A stretch of DNA of 64,000 nucleotides, taken from assembly GCF_001194135.2 (NCBI RefSeq), contig NC_068983.1, forward strand, positions 77,159,799-77,223,798. Direction: 5' to 3'. Positions 1 to 13,818 of this stretch are shown piece after piece. Position numbers and translations under genes: made by a program. This DNA comes from Octopus bimaculoides (lineage: Eukaryota). The notes below the pieces were generated by a model, which was not told the origin of the DNA, did no database searches, and saw only the letters and a list, made by a program, of their open reading frames with translations. Position 1 is the stretch's first letter. The number at the start of each line of letters is the position of its first letter.

Positions 1-1463
1 TCTCCAGCAGTGTGTCATTTTTCCCGCGAATCCACCCAGCCGTTTGGCTGTGAACCTCAAGAAAAGAACGAATACAACGATCGACCATGTCCAATTTATA
101 TAATCGATGTAGTATCTGTTGTCTGATCGTGAGAAGGAGAACGTGAATAACCATAAGCGTCCCAAGGCAGATGTATATGCTTTATTATTGATGCGATTAA
201 TGTTCATTGGCGTGAGATATGTAATGGTAGAATATTGATGGGAAAGTAGCTCATTCTGAAGAGTTGTAATACTATTTCAGAGAAAAAGGTAATAAATAAA
301 TTGAACATACGTTGCTAATTTTACATGTTGAATGTATTACTGTTGGAAAATTGATATTGGCATTTGGAATAAGAGCGCATAAAACCAGCATTTCAACTAA
401 CCAAATACAGTTGGATCCTTAAAAAAGTTTCCTAACTGAGATTTTGGTTTAATATTAGTTGAGTCAAACTCATAAGAATAATATCTTGCATGTAGCTAGT
501 CGAAATTTGATTATTTGTTTCAAATATCCGTCAGCCGGATTAGAACGCTTCATGATCACACCTCGTCCGTGAAATATATTGTCCACTACACGGCGCTTCC
601 AATATAAGATAAGTGGGACGAATGAAATATTCGAAATATCTGGAAAAATAATATCAAACATTTATCTCATAATAAAAATGCCAAACCAATGAGGGGTTTA
701 CCGTCCTATTTGAAAGTAATAGTAAACATTTGTCCATAAAATTATAGCGAGTTATAGTTAATATTATTCTAAAGACCGTTCACCCGCGAAAATTAAACGT
801 GATAGACAAAGTTAGCGTTTATCTTGTAACTATTGCCAATATATAAAAGACAATGAATTATCATAAATTTGAGTGATCTACGCCTCACAACTTGGGCGCC
901 AACAATTTAAGTGATCTACGCCGATTTAAAATGTGAAAGATTCCAAAAAACGCTACAACCAGAACCTGTGAAATGGTCATGGGAATGCAGTCAAAAGTTA
1001 TCCAGACTCTTGATTACTGCAAGGTAGGTGAGAGTGGGTTATTCGAAATAATCATTAAGTGAATATTTAATAGGTTATCCAAGATAGCACAGAAATTGTA
1101 AGAATCAAATAGACGCCAGAATATATATCAGTTATTCGGTATGCACCCACCCAGTCTAGCTTTGTCTACTATTATTGTTCAATGTCGGCTAGGTTTTGCT
1201 GGACATTGCTACTTTTCAGAACGACAGATCAAAATCAAGTGTTATACCCTGGAGAATTCTGTACCTCAATAAATGCTGAAGTCCAATCGGCTACACTAAT
1301 GTTATTGTCAGAAGATTCCACAAGAAACAGAGAACCTACAAGTACTAATGGAAGAGAGGAATGTTTGGATGTTGCCGTGTTGTAAAACTTAACTCGATTT
1401 CTGTCGCCTAAATTTGAAGATGTGAATACAATCATTTATATAACTTGCACTGTGTATTATGCA

Positions 1464-1676
1464 CAAAGGAATGCTGAACCATTTTTGTTTCTGGATAGAA
1501 ACAAATACAGGAGGGACAGTTGATTATAATTTGATTCAACATATTCTTTTCTCACACTCACTCACTTATTGGCAGCAGTCAGGCTTTCTAAGCTCTGTAA
1601 AACTCCCCGAAGTTTGGGCCTGCAAAGAAAGCTTTCGCGTTACCTTTAAAGCCAAAACCTTTTTAGCACCCCCATA
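1464..1676. mobile_element. Mariner-derived MITE (~210 bp, decayed TIRs)
   Basis: Left end caaaggaatgctgaa and right end tttagcaccccc match the TA-CGAGGGGGTGCTGAAAAGT mariner-type TIR pattern. Flanks are CA/TG (mutated TA). No transposase ORF. Confidence 0.55.
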
Positions 1677-2100
1677 TGAAATTTAGCGGGGTCATAGAAG
1701 ACTTGCTGCCATATCGGTGAAATGAGCATTCTTGTACCTCGTGGTAATCGCAATAGTTCGATTACATTCGAAATGTTCTCTGGCATTTACAACGACACTA
1801 AAATGATAACTGTTATCCTTTTCAGTTATCAGAACCCAATTGCTTAGATATATATATATATATATATATGCTGTTCAGTGTATACATGTGTGTATATATA
1901 TGCGTCCGTGTGAATTCATACATATATGAGCGTAAACATACATACACATGTATACGTACAAAAATGAGTTTTTTATTCAGTCAAAATGTATTTATAATAT
2001 TTATGTCATTTATTGCTACGATAATGTACGATATACGTATATCTTCCACTTGAAGTTTCCTGTTTTCTATCCAATTTGCGTTTATAATGGTTCTTCAAGC

Positions 2101-2147
2101 ATTTTTTCTGCATAGTAATATTTTTTCTGCATAGTAATATTTTTTCT
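2101..2147. repeat. 19-bp tandem duplication (2.5 units)
   Basis: attttttctgcatagtaat repeated directly. Confidence 0.9.
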
Positions 2148-2262
2148 TCAAGATATATCTATGCCCATCATTGTTTTTCTGTTACACTTATTCTTGCTGG
2201 TTTTTGTGTTGATTACGATGTTATTTTTTCATTTCACTTGTTACTTTTCTTTTTCATCATAA

Positions 2263-2326
2263 TCCTCCTCCTCTTCCTGCTCCTTCTCCTACTACTACTA
2301 CAACTACTACTACTACTACTACTACT
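2263..2326. repeat. Compound (CCT)n(ACT)n microsatellite
   Basis: Direct reading. Confidence 0.9.
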
Positions 2327-4399
2327 GGACGGTGCGTTACGATTTTCGGTGTTGGTTAAATTCTACTATTGTTAAATTCATTTCATACTGTATTATTTCT
2401 GGTAATTTACTAAGCAATTTAGCATTCTACCAAATTTGAAAATAATGAGATTGGGAAAATGATAAAGAGTCTGTAGACAAGTAAATATGAAATATGTATG
2501 GTCTATTTATATAAAATTCAATAATGAAAATATCAGTTTGTATTTTTCCTGAATTACCTTATGTTAAGTTTCCTATTATGTCTACAGAATAAACAAAATA
2601 TAAAAATATTCTGTGAGAGTGTGAACGAATATATAACGTTCAAATATTAATTTTTAAAATATCGTCATATGACATTGGAAGGCTACATAAATGGCTGTAT
2701 TGTCGTAACTGATAACAGGTAAGCATCTCCTGTGAGTGTTATGTTAGTCATTAAAATTGCAGTTAGATATCGAAAACGTATTTTTAGAGGAAAAAAACTT
2801 ATTATAGCTCTTTCAGTACTGAGTATTGCTAATCAGATATCCAATTTTCGTAAGACAATTCACTTATAGTAAGAATGCAATCAGTAGCCATATTGTAAGG
2901 TATATATGTTCGTTGTTTTGTATACTGTAACTATAGTGTTTTCAATTCATCTGCACAGCCGGTTCTTCTTACATGATTTATTGAATTCTGCATATCTAAA
3001 CATCAAGACACCACGACAAAATATTTAAAATGTAATCTTCATACTGCACCATCTAGAGTTTCTTGGTTATTATATTTTCTACAAAATTCTTCTTAGTAAC
3101 ATTCAAGTTTAATATCATTCCATTGATCTGTCTACTCTGGGAACACACTGTCTATAGCAAGAACTTATTTCTCCACATCATAGAGTAAGTAATGATTTTC
3201 CTGACCGTACCGTGGCTAGACCTGTTTTCAAGCACTGATAGGTAGAAAGGACTAAAGTATTTTACTGCATAATATTTAATTGAAGTTACATATCATGATC
3301 TTCATATAACAAAGTTGACCGCAACTGCAGCTGCGCTCAAAATAATACCATGGATGCGGCCATAAATATATACTTAGTATAACGGTTTTGGATTTTCCCA
3401 ACTTCACAGCTACAACTAATATAACTTATCGGTCATTAAGTCACAGAACATTTGTTCCATCAGTCGTTAAAACCCACGTATTTATTGGTCAGAAATACTT
3501 TTATGTGACTATGAATCTTTTCTGCATTAAATCCAAAGGCACCGATTTTTACATATCTTCCTGTGCATGAAAACACATCCACAATATATGTCTGTACATA
3601 TAAAACAGAAAGCTTTAGCAGGTATATAAAGGTATATTTTATACAGTACCAGTCCAACACCTTAAATTTCGTTTGCTTGTCTATACTTAATGTTGCCAAG
3701 ATTATGCTATGACATGTAGCTGCATATTACAAGAAAGATGTTAATTTTTTTTCAGTATTGGCATCAATGTATTTTTCATTTGTTATATCTTCTACTCACT
3801 GTTAATAGCGAATCGCGCTATAATTCCTTTGTGAGAAGAGTCAATTATCTTATATTCTCAGCTTGTTTAATTACTTCCTAAACTTTTACGTAACCACTCT
3901 AATGGTAAATTTTAGGACACTGGTAGAAGTGATATAGTTACGATAATAATGATGATAATGATGAAGGAGGAAGCGTTGGATGACAACGGTGACGTGTACG
4001 ATGTTAAGGATAAAGATGGCGATGCAAAACTCAGGGTGCACAATTAATACTCTTATTTGCGAACAATACTAGGAACATATTCATAAATGTAACATTTGCC
4101 ACAATATTTCCTTGGCAGTTTTAACGACTGGCTTAATGAAGAAAGGCATTCCTTACAAGTAGTTGAGCGTAAAGCTTCTGCTTAATTATAAACCGACTCA
4201 AATTAAATCATTAATCGGAACTCACAGGTGCAGCTATAACTTTCAAAACAGTTAGACGCATCGGTCTCTTTTTTGGAGATTGTACAATTCACGTTGCTGT
4301 GAGCTACATCTGAAGTACTACTTAGAAATACTTTACCGCAGAAAGGACACGATGCATACTCCCTAGGCAAAACATATTATCTTTATTTTCATATATCCA

Positions 4400-4900
4400 T
4401 AACGACTACCACAACCACCACATTAACGACGATCACAATTATTGTACTCATTGCCGTTGTCATCATCGTAAAATTCAACATCGTCGTCGTCGCTATCATC
4501 ATCATCATTATCATCGTCTATATCGTTGTCATCATTGTTGTTGTCGTGATCATCAACTTCATCGCCCTCATCATGACCATCATTGTCATCGTTGTTGTTA
4601 TCAACACAATGAGCAGCGTCATCGGGATCTTCATTTTCAAAATTTTCCTTAACAACATTACTAAGCATCTTATGGTTATAACCTCTCAGAGCGAACAAGA
4701 TTATCAATAACAGCACATGCTACATCAATCAATTTCATAATCATTATCATCAACATCAGCACCACCTTCAGAATTACTTCATCCACAATGCCACTACCAA
4801 AACTACCACCACAAACAAAAACAACGCTATAATGCTGATCAAGATCAACGCCGTCGTCAGAAGCATTCTCATCATCGCCGTTGAAAGCTTCGTTTTTGAC
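4400..4900. repeat. Degenerate (CAT/CGT/CAA) trinucleotide low-complexity tract
   Basis: Decayed catcatcgtcgt/caacaa runs; source of the D/N-rich pseudo-ORF 4423-4716. Confidence 0.8.
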
Positions 4901-5439
4901 ATCATTGTACTGTCATGCTAGTATTCTACGTGATAATTGCTTCAGGTAGTGCCAAAGTAAACTAAGTTTTTTCCCCCACGTATAATCCTTTCTTGTCATT
5001 TATTCGCTATATTTATATTGATTTAAAGTAACAAATATCCGTTGATAAAATTGGTTGATGTTGGTAATTGTCTGATGAAGATAATATAATTTGTTATTAC
5101 TGATATATAAACCCTTTGATGCCAAAGTATATTAAAAAACAAGTCTAACACAAAACAATAGCGTTCATGTAGATATACATGAAATAATATACTTACAGAT
5201 AATACAACATATATTAATGAAATACTATAATATTGTGTAATATTATATCTACTGTTGTATTTTCCTTTTTGTTACAAATAAGTCGTGATTGAACATATAT
5301 GATCATTGATTTCCAGTCAAGACCATCGTATTATTATGCATATCCATGCGCACCTTTTTGAATGGGTTTGTCGTTTTCTACGACACATTGGTATTTAAAG
5401 CTGAGACGGATGTTCTTATCTCTCTGCGAGATATATGAA

Positions 5440-5575
5440 TATATACACACACATATCAATATAGATATATAATCTAAATATGTTTGAGCATATATGTATA
5501 TATGTGAATATGAATATATGTGTGTGAGTCTTATTTATGCATATATATATATATATATATGTTTGTAGGTATATA

Positions 5576-5617
<42 letters not shown>

Positions 5618-5670
5618 GTATGTATATATATATTTGCACATATACATGTATGTATAATGTATCTCTTATA
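5440..5670. repeat. (TA)n/(TATG)n microsatellite
   Basis: Direct reading. Confidence 0.9.
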
Positions 5671-5944
5671 CACGTTTCCGTTTCTAGTTTAGTTGGCATG
5701 AAGGAAAACATGGTTTTCACTAAGGCAAATGGCGCAACTAGATGACTGAAAGAAATATATGATATACAAACACAAACACATTTACATAATCTATTTTCAA
5801 ATTAAGCGAAATTTTCTACGCGAGATGTAATATCAGTTGATGTCTCTTTGCTACAGGTATCCAAGTTTATCTAGGTTGGATCATTTAGTATAGCAAATGC
5901 AGAGATATTGTATAAGAGATACAGAGACGAGAATTTCATTTGAT

Positions 5945-6720
5945 TCAAAACTCTCAACAAGAGAAGAAGACAAGATGGGAGGAACATGTAATTGAAAGAA
6001 AATAACTTAGAACGAAATATTGAAGTAGTTTATATTAGGTCTGCTCTTTTTGATTCGTTCATCCAGAGATGTCTTGCCATTGCTCGCAAACCTGTTGAGA
6101 TAGAATGTGTCTAAGAGTGATAAATACAGATGTCGTAAAGTAGGAACAATGACAGATATCCTTTCCACCTGTTCACTGGTGTTGTACGGATATGCCAGGA
6201 GACGCAATCTGGCTCTTTTTGAATGCTGTAAAAAAACAAACAAAATACAACTAGAGATTTCATTACTTCCTGCATCCAGGAGAGCAGATCTGATTGAAGA
6301 ACCTTGTGAACGAGTAAAAGTGGAACGGATATTGATAGGTGGATGTAGATTTACCATTTGCAAAAGTTTCTTCCCCGTTCTAGTTAATTAAGAACTAGAT
6401 ATTATCATATGGTGTGATAAAAAGGAAATAGCAAGTCTGGTCGAGAAAACGGTTTCTCATGAGGATAACATGAACGCCGCTCGGACTTGAAAGATGGATC
6501 ATTATAATCAGCTCCTCGAGTAATGTGAAGATGTGAAGGTGCAGGTTGGAAAACAGAGCATTATTCAATTGAAGTGGCATGCAGAGGATTCATTAGAAAC
6601 GGTAGGAGGTGATGGATGTTGTCGTTAGGCCTAACGCATCGTAAAACAAGTACTAACTAGATTGATATCCAGTGTAGAAGGCAAACCACAGGATTTGGTT
6701 GAAAAAAAAAAGACTATCAG
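5945..6720 (+). mobile_element. Hero/NeSL-like non-LTR retrotransposon 3' fragment (CCHC knuckle + RLE endonuclease), inactivated
   Basis: Translation across stops and frameshifts: RWEEHVIERKIT*...FLIRSSRDVLPLLANLLR*...KSDKYRCRKVGTMTDILSTC...YARRRNLAL...ELDIIIWCDKKEIASLVEKTVSHEDN...GWKTEHYSIEVACRGF...ANHRIWLK. This matches the RLE-LINE pattern CxxC..HILxxC / RHN / PDIV..ELTVPWE / EVGCRGF. Confidence 0.85.
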
Positions 6721-9593
6721 CAATAAATACACCTAAACACCATATCAACACATTAGTATACTTAATTAGATTTAAGTAAATAATATAATACATCAACATT
6801 TTTTTCAATTTTGACCTCCTTATTTTACCTTCGTTCTCTCTACTATTTCCAGTCACACTGGAAACCACTAGATAGTACCATGTTTATGTATATCCATCAA
6901 ATAATCATGTATAATCACCTCTATATAATTCATTGTAAAACAGTTCCTAATGTAACCTTGAAATTTACTTATTGATATAACTGAATTAATTCATAAGATT
7001 ACATTGAAAATTCTGTCTCTGATAACGATGTGGCCACAATAATACTGTGTCTCTTACTAAATAATAGATACACACTTATTGATTGAAATATATCTGATTA
7101 ATTGATTAGATTTGGTTACGGATATGTCACTGAGAAATGTAAGTTTTATTCTGACCGGTTACCTTTTGTATCTGTTGTCGAAGAACTCTCATTATTTATC
7201 CTACTCTCATTCAGAAATCTGAGCAATTCTACTTAAAGCAAAATCCGGACACTTGACAACATTTTCTTTGCATCAATTCAAGTACTGATTGTAGCTTTCT
7301 GAATAGAATTGCTGTATAAGAGATAGAGAAAAGCGAAGATAGAAAAAAGAAAATGATATAGATTTCTTTAGTAATTGTTCACTTTATGTTCCCAACATAT
7401 ATTTAGAATATTGAATGATCTCTCGTTATCAATGAAAATGTTCTGTAAAGGAAAGTTTTAATATTGTTAATATTACAATGTAGGTTTCCTACCACAAGCT
7501 AAGAGAAAAAAACCCCAGAAAACATCTTTAATGAATAAGTAAATTTATAAATAATTTCTCTTTGTTTTTATTTTATTTTCCTGCCCATTGCTATAGTTTA
7601 ACAAAACTAATGGGCTATCAAAAATCATGCTCAACTGAAGAGAAAAATGTTTACTCGTAATAAATTTGTATCACATAAATATATTTATTTGATCAATATA
7701 TTCATCCATAAACATTATTATTTCCTCGATACTCCTGAAAAACACAGGATATATTGTTTATACAATTAAGGTTTTGGCACTCTTCGTAGAGAAAGTCATA
7801 ACCTGAATCCACATGCTATTATTTTTTCCCCGTTAGAAATGTTGTAGCATTTCACATATATATGGAAATCGATGCTATATAATTAATTATACATAGTCAC
7901 CAACAGAGAACGAAACAAAGATTAAGTGCCCTTTAGTAAGCTGAACAAGAATGTATTATTGTATTGCTTTGTAATTACAGGCAGTAGAATACTGAAACAT
8001 TGGTTTTGAAAAGATGCCAGAATATGATTCAGTTACTTATCAAATAGTACAATTACTCGTTTATTATGAAAGACTAGAGGTTCTTAGGGTCCCTGAGGTT
8101 ACATCTGTAACGTGTTCAGTCAGTTATCTCAATATACCTTACTTTTCAGAAATAAGCTCACATTATATTATGAAATTGACGCGTTCGTGTATAATAACGA
8201 CTATCTGGTTTTTATTTGTCTACTTGATATATATAAAATACTTTGGGTGAATGATTCAACGATGGGTAACTTAAGAAACGCAATTAGAAATAACTTCCCA
8301 CATGCATATATAACATCAGTTATTTCTTCTATAATATTAAAGCGTATTTAAACCTTATATGACGAGTTACACCTTGACACAATTTGATTATTATTTCCAG
8401 TTCTAAACAATTGAAGTAAATATTAGGTTCACGGTAAAATTATTTAACATTTCTTCTATTATGAATTGCATTTATTGAAATATTTCATACAAAAGTAAAT
8501 CCCCAACTAGTATATTCACTAAATTTACAAATGATATTGGATCTAACCTACAACAAACAGTATGCGTATCTGTATCAATGGATCATTCAACTTCTCTCTC
8601 GTTACAGTGCTCAACACAAAACGATATACTCCTCAGCGTTCCCACCTACGCGGATTCTATGTTAATTCAGCTCAGCCGAATATTTGAATGTCTATTAGAT
8701 TTTATGTTAGCTACACTGGTAACAAACTTTTTTTAATCCTTACCCTTCAAAAACAGCAAGAGGATGGCTGAACCTAGATATACCACGTCGAATCATTCCA
8801 CAAAAATTTAGATCGGGTGTCCTATACTCGTATATATGCAATGCAAATGATGGGGGAAAACAAAGAGTAGAACGCCTGAAAAATGTCATCCACGACCACA
8901 ATTTTGGCGGAGTCCAAACGGTAGCTCAAATCATGTAATTCACAATCAAACTTGCAAATAATGCCTTTGTGCATTACACAGTGACAATATCAGCAAAAAT
9001 ATCATGTCTAGTATGCAAATCTATCAAATTATAAACCGTACGTGCTTTAATTATTTCCTATCTCCAGGATTGGCAGATTCTTGAAAAATAGATTTTGCGG
9101 CATGTGAGGAATACCCCGCTCTCAATACCTTCTACTGGTCCTCATAGTTCAGTTCTGTGCTTCTCTGTATTTCTTGCACCCCCATCCAAACACGAAAATC
9201 AACCACTACACTCCTTCTAAACATGAATAGTTGCTCAAAGTGTTGAACCTCACTATCGCTGTGAAACTCATCTGGCAATAACAACCCTTAATACAGTTGG
9301 GTCGCGTTTAATCATTTTCAGTGCAACCACTATGAAGTTTTCCTCACAACTATTTCGAAACATCCTGTCAAACTACAATAATGGATTCACCTAACATGAT
9401 CGTTACACGTAATTTTAATTATGTGTTTCTATACTTATCAATATAAATTATGTGTCTCTATACTTATTAATATAATATTTCGCCAATTAAACTAATATTT
9501 TTATTCATCTATGAATATCGCCGCTTTTAAATATACTGTAGCATCAAGGTCAGTATTTCCTAATTTTAATTTTACATACGAGTTGATATCTAT

Positions 9594-9625
<32 letters not shown>

Positions 9626-9822
9626 ACATAGAATTTGCATTAGAACCAGCTCCAATGACGTATCTATTCTGAGGAAGCGTTTTAAAAGGAATACATGTAT
9701 TGAGTATGTGACATCAACAATGCATATATATCTATATTTGTGCGTGTGCGTGTACGTTTGTCAATGTGTGCGCGCGTATGCACGTATATCTGTAATACTA
9801 CAATCAATATTTATAGCTCGTA

Positions 9823-10040
9823 AGGCGGTGAGGTGGCAGAACCGTTAGCACGGCGGGCGAAATGAATAGTGGTATTCCGTCTGTCTTTAAGTTTTGAGTT
9901 CAAATTTCGCCGAGGTCGAATTTGCCGTTCATCTTTTCGAGGTCAATAAATTAAGTACCAGTTCCGTACTGTAGTAGATCTAATCGACTGGCCCCCACCC
10001 CCAAAATTTTAGGCCTTGTGCCTAATGTAGAAAAGAATAT
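9823..10040 (+). mobile_element. tRNA-derived SINE, family A (aggcggcgagctggcagaa head; central gaggtcgactttgcctttcatcc domain, Meta-domain-like)
   Basis: Box A-like TGGCAGAACCG and box B-like GAGTTCAAAT. Homologous copies at 19579, 43141 (minus), 10386 and 53161. Confidence 0.85.
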
Positions 10041-10385
10041 TTATACTTTGTTCATTAAATTTATTTTATGCATATTGTTTCTATCGCTGGTTTTAAAATC
10101 ATTGTAATTGTGGTAGTTATAAGATTTTTCGAAATTCAAATTTAAGAATGTTAATTGTACTGAAAATAGTTTTCATTATTTTATATTAGTTAATGGATAC
10201 ATTTGTGTGTCATGTGTTAAAGATTGTTTTAGGATTTTGTGATTGCATATTTATGACAGCAAACACTGGTTTTAATACAATAATTAAGGTATATTACCAA
10301 TCTGTATAAAGTTAGTTACATTTTATTTTATTGTTCAAGGTACTGGTCCACATTTGAAAACGCCTGTCAATATCTATACCCGGAA

Positions 10386-10465
10386 AGCGGGGAGATGGCA
10401 AAATGTTTACCGCACCGGAAAAGGTTAGCGGTATTTCGACCGTCTTTAATATCCTTTAAGTCGAA
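10386..10465 (+). mobile_element. Family A SINE 5' head fragment
   Basis: aagcggggagatggcaaaatg...gttagcggtatttcgaccgtcttta aligns with the heads of the 9823 and 19579 copies. Confidence 0.65.
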
Positions 10466-12005
10466 CGATACTAGCAGGGCTTTCTCATAGACTGTTTTGC
10501 GGAGGGGGTTAAGCATGTCTGGATCGTCTCTTATGTAGCTTTTGATATGCTTCAGGAAAAATTTCAGAAGTGTGTCTAAGAAGTTGCTGAGGCGGTGAGT
10601 TTCGCATGCTGGGCCTGCTATTATCGGTCTGAGTTTAAGATCATTCGGTGAGGGGATTTTGATTATTATGTCAGTATTTTTTGGCATGTTTCACTAATTA
10701 TTTTGCTTTTGTGAACATTAGGGATACCGTAGAATACTCTTGATTTGCACTTGAAGTTGGTGATGTAATCGTACACCTTGTCTGTGAGTCCTCGGTATGA
10801 TTTGAGTAATGTCCTGAAGTTATTCATTATTTCTGTTTGATTATAATGTTGGGCCATTTCGTAGTATGCCTCATCTCCTAATAGGGATAGTACTAAATTT
10901 TTATAATCATTTGTGTTCATTAATACTACCGCGTCGCCCTTGTCTGCCTCTTTGATTCTTGTGATTTTATCTTGTTTTAGTTTGATGAGGTCGTTCCATT
11001 CTCTTTTGTTGAAGTTTGGTCTGTATTTTTGCTTATTTGTGAGTTGAAAAGGGAAATTAGTTATGTGATCACAAATGTGGTGGAAGTCTTTATACTTTCC
11101 CTTGGTAGGGGTGTAGTCGCCGTTGTTTCTTGCAATTGATTCGTCATCTATGTGTTTGCCATGAAATTCCTCGGCAAGTCTAAATTTCCTACAAAATTCC
11201 GCAATATCATCTTTCATTTCATAGTAATTTGGACGTTATGGGGTTGGGGTAAATATAAGTCCGTTGCATAGTAGGATTATTTCGTTAAGTGCAAGGTCTT
11301 TATTTGAGAGATTGATTATTTTAATTACATGTGGTTTCTTTTGTTTGTCTGTTGCCATCGCGTATCCCTATTCCTGTGTATTAGATCTAAGAAATGATTG
11401 GTGTGGTTATGTTCGAAAACACTGTTTATCTGTCTCACGTTGTTGTAACTTTTAAAGTGGGTTTGTGGTGCTCTGTTTTGTAGAGTGGTTTTGAACTTCG
11501 TGTTCCGTCTTAGTATATCAGGTATATTGTGTTGGTAGTCGATTCTTCTGTAGTGTGTTTGGAGTTTTAAGGTTGTATGGTTGGTTCCTAGAGTAGAAGT
11601 TCGGTAGTGGAGTCTTAGTTGGGTTGTGTAGATTGTTGTTCATAGAATTGTGTGTTTCATCCCTACGGTTCTTGAAATGGTGTGGCGGGCCCCTGTTGGC
11701 GTTTTGGAGTTGGTTTAGGTAGTGTGGGTGCGTTTAAAATGTATTTCTGTGATAGTGAGTGTATTAAGATTTCTTGGTGGTTGTTCCGTTCTGTTGGCAT
11801 GTGGTTTTGTTTTACTTAATTGTATGAAGGGGTTGTTGGACATGTGTTCAGTTTTTAAGTTAGTTTCATAATCCAAGAACCTGTTGGCGCTCTTTTCCTA
11901 TCGTTGGAAGGACTTTAGTTCCTCTTTTTCACATTCTTCTTTCCATTGTTTAAGAAATGTTTCAGTATTGATGCTGTCTGTTAGTTTGTTGACTTCTTCG
12001 TTGCT
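10460..12005 (-). mobile_element. Penelope-like element (Neptune-like), N-terminal region and start of RT, 3'-truncated
   Basis: KIINLSNKDL...LLCNGLIFTPTP, then IKEADKGDAVVLM, FYGIPNVHK, LRPIIAGPACETHRLSNFLD and LVSFD. These are the PLE motifs KGLKFxPTP, ADKG, YGLPKIHK and RPI. Broken by stops and frameshifts. Confidence 0.9.
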
Positions 12006-12049
12006 ATGAGAAAATACACCTGTTTACGTGTGCTTTCCACCCTGCTGGA

Positions 12050-12243
12050 ACGGTCAGTTGACGCTTGAAGACCGACCTGTCAAACATCCTTACGAATGAA
12101 ACAACATGAAAATTCATGAACTGATTTTGGCGGACCATCAGCGAAAAATTGACGCACATGCTAATATTACTGGTGTGTCCTGGAGCTCCTGCTAAAGGAT
12201 TTTGAGCGAGGAATTGCGAATGAATTGAGTTACAGCAAGATAC
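12050..12243 (+). mobile_element. Mariner transposase internal fragment
   Basis: GQLTLEDRP...KIHELILADHQRKID...TGVSWSSC*RILSEELRMN*VTARY resembles the mariner second HTH leading to the AAKFVP motif. Confidence 0.75.
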
Positions 12244-12454
12244 ATCGTTTCTAGCTGGCTATGCGACAAAGACGTTCTGTGTCCTTATGTTACCGAACAG
12301 GAGAGATTAGGACTTCTACTCAGTAAAACTCAGCATCCACGGACTAGTTTCAGGTTTATTACTCTTCATAGGCGTGGAGTAGCGTAGCTTTGCTAGATGT
12401 CGCTGCTAATCTGCTGTCCAAAACTAATAGGATTCGAAGTGAAAGACATTCATT

Positions 12455-13125
12455 GCAGAACGATCATACTAAATTACAACTACAAGATGAATTATTTTCC
12501 ATCGAAATAACCGGGACATGCAGATGGTTTGTCAAAGTTAATACCAAAATTCAGTGAACCACTAGAAAACACAGTGATAATGGCGTTAAAAGCCGAAAAT
12601 GCAAATATATATATAGTGCAATGTTGTGCATGAATTGCCTGTGACATTGGAGGAAATAAAAATTAATGCACAGACGTAGAGTTTATCACAAAAAGAAACA
12701 AATAAAGAAGAAACAAATAAAGCAGGTGTATGGCTGGATGTAACGCAGTTTCGAATTTGTATTCGATATTTGATAATGTGCTTATGTATGCGCGGAGGGT
12801 CATAATGCCTACCTTCACTACAAGGACAAATGTTAAAGGAATTCCACACTGAACATCCAGGAATTTCTTGGATGAAGTTGCTTATGAGGAGTTATATTTA
12901 CTGGCCAAAATTTGATCTCGATATTGAGAAGTTGGTACAATCCTGCAGAGGTTGTGCTCTTGCGGAGAAATCACCACCTGTAAAATGTCAACCGTCACCC
13001 AAGTCTGATATTCCATGGTCCAGACAGCACATAGATTTCGCATAACCGTTAAAACGATGATATTATCTAATAGTGGTAGATAGCTTTTCAAAATGGCCAG
13101 AAATGTGTAAATGTAGAACACCGGA
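12455..13125 (+). mobile_element. Ty3/Gypsy pol fragment (RNase H end + integrase HHCC and start of core)
   Basis: ILNYNYKMNYFPSK*PGHADGLSKLIP; HTEHPGISWMKLLMRSYIYWP...SCRGC...PWSRQHIDFA*P...YYLIVVDSFSKWPE. Confidence 0.9.
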
Positions 13126-13547
13126 CATCCAAAATAACAATCCTATTTTTAGCTTCATCGATAATATGCATTTCTTCTAAAAACTATTTACATACTGTAA
13201 GCGCATTACCCTAATTAATTACTTAATATAACGAATATTCATATCGACTATACGCAATGACCATATATCCATTGTTGCTGCACCTTGAAATTTAAAATCG
13301 ATAAAATCCTGACATTAACTTCACATTAAACAAAATAGCTGTCATAACACTGAAATAATTTTGCAATGCATAGTGTCATATATATCATTTATACAGAACT
13401 CACAAAGGCACTACAATATGTCATTTTTTAAATAAGTGAAAAACATGACGCTAGTCTACTGACTCTAGTTATTTTTTATATCTAATAATTAAGCCGTGTT
13501 AATTTGAATATACAAACACACACACACACATGTATATACATGTGTAC

Positions 13548-13578
<31 letters not shown>

Positions 13579-13818
13579 TAGTGTATATAGTGTAATATTT
13601 CGTGATGGTAAGATCAACAGCAGAAGTACTACATTTGGTGAGAGATAAATATTATTCAATAAACACAGTATATATTTTTGTGAGCTCTTATTAGTTTTAC
13701 CCGATGAAATCGACTCAGACAGCATTTTTGTTACATGTCCACTCTTTCTGTATAAACAGGACGATAGAGCGAGAGAGAAAACCAGAAACGGTGAGAAAGT
13801 AGTAGATCTAAACTTTTT

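Noticed and set aside
1182-1435. Overlapping 67/66-aa ORFs with a nearby ttttcag acceptor
   Set aside because: No recognisable homology; length expected by chance.
4423-4716. D/N-rich 97-aa ORF
   Set aside because: Translation of a decayed trinucleotide repeat; no domain or splice support.
8640-9380. Moderately GC-richer stretch with partial minus-strand open frames
   Set aside because: Possibly an old TE, but I could not match any motif.
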